64,000 nucleotides of DNA from Takakia lepidozioides. Lineage: Eukaryota > Plantae > Bryophyta. The notes beneath the pieces are model-generated. The model made no database searches and had not been told where the DNA came from. It saw only the letters and a program-made list of their open reading frames with translations. The position numbers and the translations under genes are program-made. This document shows positions 12,266 through 21,166 of this stretch, one piece after another. The stretch lies in NCBI GenBank assembly GCA_030704615.1, contig CM060732.1:15500001-15564000 (forward strand). Reading direction: 5' to 3'. Each line of letters opens with the position of its first letter. Positions within the stretch are counted from its first letter, which is position 1.

Positions 12266-15200
12266 ATGCTCGAACCTGAGAGGGGGGGAGTTCGTGCACC
12301 AGACAGGAGACCTCGTCGCAAGCTCCGGAAATTATACTTCGGACGTAGGCCAATGCCGAAGGGGAGGAAGCAGATGCGTCTACAGGAGGAGATTGCCATC
12401 TCCGAGCAGCAGGCCACTCAGGCAACCCAGCCACCAGTGAGAGCTCCATGCGATCGGGCTGCGCGCAGCTGATCGAGCACCGAACCCCCCATTTTGCTTC
12501 TGTAATTCTTAGACTGAATGCTAGGAGACTTGAATGCAGAACATGTTTGCATGCCTAACAGGAAAGGTGGACGTGCTGGAGGGATCGCAGGAATCCGAAG
12601 AGCCGCAGGAAGAGTCCGAGGAGCTAGCTGCAGCACGTACACCCACCCGATCCCCGAGCGCGGGTACTCCTCTGCCCGGCCTAGCCCTCTGCGATTCAAA
12701 GACGCGTCTTCGAAGGGCAAGTTCAAAGTCTCAGAGATCGACTCGCGTTCTTCGATCATGGAGAATCGCCAGCAGGGGTCGGGCCCTTCTCCAGCAAAGT
12801 CGAAGAAGAAGCAGCCCGTCCCTCTACTGGCTTCTGAACCGGCTCAGGCCGATTCACCCCCCCCAACGCGAATGAAGCAGCAGGGTAGAAGACAGATTCT
12901 ATTGCAGCAGACACCTTCACCTGCAAGGATGAGGAAGCAGAAGGCAATCAGGGCGACGCCGAACAATCTCCCGCAAAACCGCTTCCACGAGCTGAAGCTC
13001 AGTTCCTGGAGGATTTCCCGCCTGCAGATGTTGGGGCCGACTCTGCTGCAGCGAAGGCAATGGGATCGACCGTTGATCTCGATTTGGTACCGGAGGAGGG
13101 TGCTGCCGCTGAACGTTCGCAGGCAGACCTCACCACCGATGAGCTAGCAGGCCCGGAGGAGGCCTCTGCAGTGGCAGAATTGCCCGCACACAGGCCCCAG
13201 AGTGCAGCTCCAGTTGAGGATGCTCCACCTGCTCAGCCACTACCTGCACCTACAGACATGTCTCCGGAGGATTTCAAAAGTGCAGCGGATAAAATGTTGG
13301 AGGAGACACACAGTAGCATTGGCAGAGTTCTGGGCAGCAGGGTATTCCAGCGGACTCTTCGAATCCCACTCTGTCGCATGGTCTCCCTTCCCATCGTCAG
13401 GCAGGCCCTTCCCGGAGATGTGGATAAGCTCAAGTTCGCATTTCGAGAAGGGTACCGTCTGGGATCGGCAGCGTTTTACGTTTCCATAGAGAATGAGGAC
13501 GGCGAAACCCGTGGACCCACTGCCGATGAATTGTCAACGTGGGATACCCACTGGCACACTCGCAACCACGAATTCGAGGCGACGCTGAAGGGTGATCCCG
13601 ACTTCGGCCATATGGCGGGAAAAATGTTCTTTGTGTGGGACGGGAATCACCGACTTCTCGCCTGGTGGGAGTACATCAAGCAGAACCATGCCAAGCACAT
13701 TGGCTGGCATTACATGGTGGAGTGTGTCATCCTCAAGGTGAAGGCGGCAGACTCCTCCCTCCTCAAGAATGCCATGGCGGACCTCAACTCGTAAGATACT
13801 CATACCCTCCCTAGCACATTCGAAATGCGGTGCCGCATTTCGGTTTCCATTCTGGTTTGATTCCGTGCTTCCGTGTACTGAACTGGAGAGTGTGCCTTGC
13901 AGGGTCACTGAGAATGCGTACGTGCATACCCACATGGCACATATGCTGTACAGGGTGAGGAAAACTGGTCTTACTGATCCGCAGATGTTTGCGGAAATGC
14001 TGGAGCCGGAGCTCATTCAGAAAGCCGTTGCAAAAACAGACCGGACATGGTATCGTCTCACTATGGATGGAATGGTGGAGGTGATATACGAAGTAAGTCG
14101 TGCTCCAATTTCCCTCTGCTCATCCTTCCCCAATTTCCAGTAATGTTTCCACATGAATCGAATGTAACGCTTCTGCATGTTTTTGTTGGCAGTCAAACAT
14201 CAAGCTGGATTTGGCCCATGCCAAACGCTTCTTCATGGAAAGTGAGGGGCAGGTCAAAACGTTGCAGTCATTGACTGAGCACTTGAAGGAAGCCGGTGTC
14301 AAGTCCAGAACCAAATACAAGTCAAAGCTTGTGAAGCTGGTGGCAATTGCAGATCCGGCACTTGGAAAGGACTTCATCCCCGAGATTGCAAAACACTATT
14401 CTCGGGCCATGCAGCCGACCATGCAATTGGAGAAACTGCATCACCTCTCAACGGCATGTGTGGAGGCGAAAGAGAAGGTGAGGTTTCAATGCACTGAATT
14501 TCCTTCCTAGCAATAGCCACTCTCTTCCAGCCACTGACATTGGATCGGAAATGGCAGACACGGTGGCTGTCGATCTGGAATGCATCCGAGAGCATAAGGA
14601 CAATGTGGTCTTTTCCACTGGAAGTTTCCGACCCTGCAGTGGATGTGTGGCTCAACCGCATGACTTGGTGGTTCCAGGTAATTCAAGGTACTTCCCCAGA
14701 TTTGCTTTTCTGACATGAATTCCCTGAACTGCTACGTGACAATGCATTTGGGAATGGCAGGTAATGTCGAATGCGAAGGAGCAAGTCGTAATGCACACAA
14801 ATTCGTTCGGCTTGTACGTCAAATGGGATGGAACACAGACATTGGAAGACTACGTGACACGTTTCAGATGTGCGTACAAGGACAACCTTTTCGCCAGAGA
14901 GCTACAGACAGCAAGAAGGAGCGTGGAGTTTACACATCAGGAGGGAGCGGGGAAAGCTGCAATGCGAATTGTTTACAGGTGAAGCACAGCTGCCCTTGTA
15001 TGCGAAGCCTGGTTACGAGGTTTGTCTCGGAAATGCGGCACCGCATTCGCATTTTATGTTTTCGGTGGCACTCTGCCAGTAGGTTGGTCTCAAGTTTTGC
15101 TCACGCATGCTGACTGCCTTGCAGGTATATGAAATACGTGCTCCTTCAGACAGGGGCCCTGGCTCAAGAGCCCCCGTTCTTCATGGCTTGGACCGTGGCG

Positions 15201-17477
15201 GGCCCAAGCTGTGTCTACACACCCGAGATGCAGAAACAATGGCATCCCGCGCATCTCGTTGGATGCCCGTGGTACCTGGACATGTCTGGCGGTATTGTTG
15301 ACGAGTCTGAGAAAGATCTGCACGCCTTGGCAGAAGAGAAGAGAAAGGAAAGACGTGTCCCTGCTGGGCCAAAGTCGGCAAAGGAATCTGCTGCTCTGGA
15401 AGAATCCAGAAAGGCAGCTGAGATGGCACAAAAGACGGTGGATGCAGCTGTGCAGGCCCAACAGAAGGGGTCGAAGAAGAGGACTCGCCAGCAAGGAGCA
15501 GCTGTTGTGACACCCGCCAAAACGAAGAAGCAGAAACAGCCTGTTCAGGAAGAGGGTGAGGAAGAGGACTCCGATGGAGACTTTGCAACCAGCCCACCCC
15601 CCCAAACGCAGGCTGCCTCCCCTGTGCCCACCGTTGTCACCAGAGGCACGAGAACTGGCTCGGCAAAGAAGGCACTCTTCAACCCCCCAGGGGGGCACCC
15701 TTTCGAGCCGGTGGAAATGAAGAGGCCGAAAGTGGCTCCCGAAACTGTAGTCCAGTGTGTAAATGAGAGTTTCTTGGCGGCTTTGGATGGACGGGCAGCC
15801 AAGTTGGCATACATGAAGACCATGGAGGGTCTGAAGGGCAGAGCACTGAAGAAGGCGACTGCCGAAGAGCCTTCCGACACCCCAGGATTTCAGAATATGG
15901 TCTCGTTCTTTGAGAGGGTGTGTGCAGACAAGGATTGTAGGAGGGGCGGAAATGCCACCGAGTGGTCTTGCGATATGATCATCTTGGATATTCCGGACGG
16001 AGAGCCTGTGGAAGGACTGCAAGCTTTGCCATCTTGGAACAGGTACTCGGAGGACTTTTGGAAGAAAGGATTCGGGCTTGCCCGCATGGTGTTGGACGAC
16101 AGAGGCTGTGTGGTTGTCCTGGCGAGCAGAGGAAAAAACACTCAGACAGGAATTGCGAAGTGGACCCGCAAGAGCGCCGTCCCGATTCTGAAAAAGAAGT
16201 GGACGTGCATCAACACACTGGGCCTTCGGTCGGAAGGGAAGAAGGTGATTACGACACTGGCACTCGTCCATTCATTTGCTTGGGTGCTTTCAAATGCGGT
16301 GCCGCATTCGGTTTCTAATCGTTTTCCCCCTGTGTATGCAGACGAAGCAGTTCGATGCATACTGCTTTGTGAAGGAAAACTCCACCTTTGCTTTCCGGAA
16401 GGAGGGAGGAAAGGTTGACCCCAACTGCGACCCACTCGATTACGACGTTCTGTTCAACAACGTTCCCAAGGAACTTCTCCCTCATAGCCTCACTTCAACG
16501 GAACCCCTGCGGTACTCACGGACTCGGAGCCCTGCCTTCATTCAGACAATTATGGAGACATGCACAGACGTGGAGGGCACAGTGCTGGACCTCATCTGTG
16601 GGACAGGTATGCAGAATCTTGATCTCTGCTGTTCTGCAATTCTCGTTAGGATGTAGTTCGCAACATCTGAAGCGCCATGTGGTAATGTGTGGATGGCATT
16701 GTAACAGGTGCCTCAATGTGGGCTGGGCGGTTTTCCGACCGGCACCTCTTTGCCTACGAGGAGGATTCATCCGTGTGGGGATCCCATCTGGAGGGGCTGC
16801 AACGGAATGTGAAGGCTCCCGACAGAGCGGAAGTCTCCTCGGATTCGTCGGAGTCCGAGGAAGACACAGTGGACATTGATGCAGAGGAGAACCCGGAATA
16901 CGAGTGAGTGCAAACATTGTAAGTTTGCAAAGCCTTCTGGGTCATTTATGTCAAAGGAATTTCCCGACTGTGGTTCTCATTAGTCTCGTTGATGATTGTC
17001 ATGTGCAGGATTGCAGGGTCCGGGTCGAAGCATGTAGGGCCTACACTTCCTGCCAGGAAGAATGTCCCGTTCTTTGCGAGGGCCGACTTCATGACGAGCC
17101 CGGTGAGGGACTACTCCCTTCCTAGTTATGCAGCTAAACTCGCAAATACAGCGATTAGAAGAAGTGAGAATCCCAGTAAAGTAGAGCAGATTTTGGAGAG
17201 GGCTAGGGAGGACAGAAGGATAAGGAAAGAGTTGGCAGCAGCTCAGACAGGTAGACGGGTACGAAAGTACATATGTGATTCAGCGGATGAGAGCGACGCA
17301 GACAGGGAGGAGGACGACCCAACGGAGGTGAGATGGACAGTTCCGCAAGGGGAAGATGGGATTTTTGAAAGCCTGGCCAACGAGCAGTCCGCTGGAGATG
17401 AGAGAGGCACTGAGGGGGTGGAGGAGGAGCAGGACAGTCTAGAACAGGATGAGGATTCCGATGATTTTCAAGATTAA
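12266..17477 (+). CDS. Multi-exon ParB/Srx-fold + beta-class amino-(N6A/N4C)-DNA-methyltransferase-like fusion protein (>=1,197 aa from Met 13060; exon 1 and the 5' low-complexity part uncertain or frameshifted)
   Basis: GT-AG exon model: 12266-12436?, ~12562-13790, 13903-14092, 14193-14477, 14558-14677, 14761-14978, 15125-16244, 16342-16606, 16708-16903, 17009-17477. From 13060 the joins are in frame without stops (3594 nt). Motifs VWDGNHRLLAW (ParB GxxRxxA), CDMIILDIPD (motif IV-like), ARMVLDDRGCVVV, RSPAFIQTIMETCT (X), VLDLICGTG (I), RHLFAYEED (II). Confidence 0.85.
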
Positions 17478-17664
17478 TAGAATTTTAATGAAGTCTCTGT
17501 AAATGTAAATTCTCTTCCAGAGTATATAAAGAAAATTCTGCCCGACATTCGTGACCCCTCTCCAGTGTGCATTCCAGCCAAACAATCGCCCAAACCAGGA
17601 CGCTCCCAAATCAGAAATGGGTCAGGGCATTTCCAAAATTTTGGCAACTCTAAGAACCTCTTTT

Positions 17665-18443
17665 GGAAATGCGGCACCGCATTTCCAAAACAGGGGAGGG
17701 ACTAATTTTTCCATTTCAATGTTGGCATAGTAAAAGTAATCTGAATTGGGAATGCGGTGCCGCATTTCCAAAATTTCCTTTGTCCACACGCCAGTTTTGG
17801 CCTCTCCCGCTCATTGCATGGATGCCACCACGCTTACAGAGGTCGAACAAGGAGGTCGAACAAGGAGGCCGACATGGCGGGATTGGAAATGCGGTGCCGC
17901 ATTTCCATATTGGGGATGGTGGTTGTTCGAACTGCAGACCCATCAACAAAAACTGGCACCGCATTCCATTGTAAAAAAAAAGTCGATGACGGACATGGAA
18001 ATGCGGCACCGCATTTCCAGAACGGACATCGCAATTTGTCAATTTGCAGACCCTCTCTCGGAAATGCGGTAACGCATTCCATCGCGCTGGTCGGAAATAG
18101 GTGCACTTTTCGAAGTGTTGGACGGAAATGCGGCACCGCATTCCCTTGTCCAAAAAGAAGTTTCCATTGCCAAGCTGGAAATGCGTCGCCGCATTTGCAA
18201 TGCCAACCTCGTTTTCTGATCAATTTATAGACCCGTGTTGGTATTTCGTGTACCTGGACGGAAATGATGCACCGCATTTTCTTGTCCCACATGGAAATGC
18301 GGTGCCGCATTTCGATGTCCGACATGGAAATGCGGCGCCGCATTTCGATCCCGACATGGAAATGCGGCGCCGCATTTTGATGCCGACATGGAAATGCGGT
18401 GCCGCATTTCCAAGCCGACATGGAAATGCGGTGCCGCATTTCA
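17665..18443. repeat. B-type palindrome array 2, ending in a ~32-bp tandem run
   Basis: Starts 17665, 17748, 17885, 17997, 18060, 18124, 18177, 18260, 18293, 18326, 18358, 18390, 18422. Confidence 0.95.
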
Positions 18444-19070
18444 ATGTCCGACATGGCGTTACTCTGGTATATTCTTGACACATGACTCACATACCGGTTA
18501 CTCTGCTTTATTCAACCAGACAGACAAATTGTAGAAATGAGACATCAAATTGTAAACAGTGGGCCAAATCCGAGAGTTATTCAACACAATGAAACACAGT
18601 CATACAGAAGTGAGGTACATTCCAGGGCACACTCCAGGGCACATTTAAATTTCCCCCGTACATGATCCTGGACCGATGAAGATTGGCTGCTGCATGAATG
18701 TAGCCGTTTCAGTTTTCTACCCTGCCATGCAAACTATGGGCAGTCACTGCCAGGTGGGCCGATAGCCACTGGACACGACGAAGTCCATCCCCTCTTCGAT
18801 GTAAATGCGGCGCCGAATTTCCATCCGGGGGGATGGACTTCGGTGGCAGATCTCAAACTATAACTTGTTGATGAGAAAGATGTATGGCTTCATCCACCGC
18901 TGGCGTGATGAACACGTTCCACCTCCGTCGGTGGGTACGTGTAACCCAGATGCTCCATTTTGGAGGCCGGACTGCTCTTCCGCTTCGTATCTTTTCCAAA
19001 ATCTAAGGGCTTCGTAGCTGTCCGCAAGGTCATCGGCATCCAAGTCGTCCTCAGGTCCTCCATTGCAAGG

Positions 19071-19634
19071 ATGCCGTGCTTCCGGAACCGGGAGGACTGC
19101 CCCTTTGGAGGCATCGATTATGCAATGTATTCGGCCACATCGGGAGACATTGTTATCTGGTACACAGATTACACAGAAGATACTGGTTCGATTGTGGAAA
19201 CATTGGTGGCTTTTGAGTATATCGTAGGCCACTACGCCTTCGAGCGGGGTGACGATCTTGGTTTGAGGAGTCCGTGGCTCCTGCGCATCCTCGATTCCGA
19301 TTTTCCCAGCTACGACGGTCACCCATGCAGAAGAAGGCGCACTGCTATGCTGTTGCGGTGGAACTGCTGCCACTGGACGTGGGTGGACTCCATCGGAGAG
19401 ACCTATTCTCCTCGAGGAGTGCGCTCCTCTTCTCCATTGTATGGGGACATTCGCATTGGTGTGGACGACGAAAACGTGAAGATTTCCATATTCGATGGTG
19501 GTATGATTGAAGGGCAGGACATTGTGGTGAACATCACTAGGGGCGGTACAACGGCTGCAATCGACTTTACATGGAGGAGCCCCAGGACTCATGAGCTAGT
19601 TCTGAGAGCAGTCGAAGTCCCATTGACAACGTGA
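19071..19634 (+). CDS. Conserved orphan accessory protein (~187 aa), unknown function
   Basis: Intact ORF MPCFRNREDCP...VEVPLTT; clear amino-acid homology to 51984-52540 (WxLRIxD, RTAxLxxWxCCxW, YGDIxI, KISIxDG, HELVxRxxEVP). Confidence 0.8.
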   Translation: MPCFRNREDCPFGGIDYAMYSATSGDIVIWYTDYTEDTGSIVETLVAFEYIVGHYAFERGDDLGLRSPWLLRILDSDFPSYDGHPCRRRRTAMLLRWNCCHWTWVDSIGETYSPRGVRSSSPLYGDIRIGVDDENVKISIFDGGMIEGQDIVVNITRGGTTAAIDFTWRSPRTHELVLRAVEVPLTT

Positions 19635-20045
19635 CTTGTATTCAGTAGGCACAGGGCTCAAGATTTTAGGGCACAATCAGCACAGTAGACGTGCTTCAAA
19701 TGCAATTCATGTGGATCAATAAAAACCTCATTGTGCCCTCTTTTTATTCTATTCTGTGTCCATTGTTCCGAGAATGCGTCATTGCTCATTTCGTTTGGGA
19801 TTGGGAGTGTGGGTGAATTTTGCAAATGGCTGGTAGGCTGAAATGGGCCCCCATTGTACAGAGCAATACCACCCTACCATTCGCGAAACATTGCCTTTCA
19901 ATATATAATTCTAAATAACATTGCCGAACCTCCTTCATCGGGAGGTCCTTCTCCCCCTATGACCGTGGCACCCTAAACCCTATTCCCGCGGACACTCATT
20001 TCCGGAAAATAGTGCTGCTCATGTTTTTTTCCACACTTACGACTC

Positions 20046-20097
20046 TGCTCATGGCTCATGCCGCTCATGGCTCATGGCTCATGAAATAGCAGCCCCC
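20046..20097 (-). repeat. Terminal inverted repeat of MULE B with GCTCATG subterminal repeats
   Basis: gctcatg repeats followed by gaaatagcagccccc. Confidence 0.9.
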
Positions 20098-20324
20098 CCC
20101 ACCAGGATGCTTGTCACATCTGGTTGTTCATGACCCAATTCCCCAGTATGGTCGCCAAATGTCGCGCGGCTTTTACTCACCCATCCCTTCGCTATCCGAG
20201 GCGGAAACTCCAAGATAGAAGAGTTGGAAATCTCTAAGCACTCAGCCCGCTCAGAACAAACAGTCATGACCTACAGCTAGTGTATCATGGGGGTGTTTCC
20301 TATTTGTTTTCCTTCCCGCATTCA

Positions 20325-21166
20325 TGTTAGCTAGTTACCTTATTGTTGGTAATTAAGTATCAGTTTGCTTCAGCAATTTATCGGATTCCATCAACTCAGC
20401 TTCACTCAGATCTCTCTACACAGTGTGAGTATGAAGTATGTATCAGATTAATATCTATCAAGTATCAGGCTGAAGCCATGGTATCTCTATTCTGCTCTAC
20501 ATTACAACTCTACTTCTTGCATTCAGCAAGTATCAACAGATCGTTCTCCTCCTACTCCGTGCTCTCCCTCTTTCTGCTCAGAGATGCGCTCTCCGCTTCC
20601 TTTCCTAGTTCTGATTTCCCCCAAGTGATGTCCGAAGTCCCCCCAAGAAGTGCCCCCCAAGAAGTGCCCCCCAACTCCTTCCAGCAGTGATTCCCCCAAG
20701 ACGTGATCCAAGAATTGATCCTTTTCCAGTCCTTGCTCCTGGCTTTATCTTCCTACCCGTTGTTCTAACCGTTTCCCTCACTAACCGTCATCCGTGAACT
20801 AACATGTTCCATTCGCAGGTGTTGTTCCCCACAGTCGTTCCCTGTCCTGCTATCCGTTCCCTATGGTCGTGACAGCTGTGTCAAGCTGTGACTGGTTGTG
20901 TGAAACTGTGACAGGCTGTGACTGGCTGTGCAACTGTGTTGGGTTGTGACTGGCTGTGTGGCTGTGTCGGGCTAGGTCGGCTGTGCGAAGCTGTGACTGG
21001 CTGTGTTGGACTGTGACGGTTGTGTTGGCTGTGACGGGCTGTGTAACCCCCCCCTAAAGTGCGCTGCTGTCACCCCTAAGGCTCCTGTTGGTCTCAGTCT
21101 GTGCAAAAATTAAGGGTACCCCACATATCCCGTAAAAGTGCCCAAGTCCCAAACAGTCCTCTAACA
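20325..21166 (-). repeat. Putative LTR of a different family (TGTTAG...CTAACA) with an internal GCTGTG-rich tract
   Basis: 6-bp inverted termini; abuts the chromovirus PPT region; left end could alternatively be 20344; no TSD and no PBS seen. Confidence 0.55.

Larger units (their letters stand above)
10336..20097 (+). mobile_element. MULE lineage B, right-hand ~9.8 kb (left part and transposase lost in or beyond the gap)
   Basis: Ends in GCTCATGAAATAGCAGCCCCC, the exact reverse complement of the left terminus of the complete element at 25765; carries homologous ParB-MTase and orphan genes. Confidence 0.85.

Noticed and set aside
15090-16271. 393-aa minus-strand ORF and other antisense ORFs over pol, gag and transposase
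   Set aside because: Shadow frames of real coding sequence; not conserved between homologous lineages
12266-17477. Bacterial or phage contamination as the source of the ParB-MTase
   Set aside because: The gene has multiple spliceosomal introns conserved between lineages and lies inside TSD-flanked MULEs nested with plant-type LTR elements
19971-19983. Telomere-like CCCTAAACCCTA near the B terminus
   Set aside because: Under two units and only partly matched in A (GGAAATAGGGTT); too short to support a telomeric or telo-box role
20870-21045. GCTGTG/GACTG low-complexity tract
   Set aside because: Simple repeat inside the putative LTR; no separate function supportable
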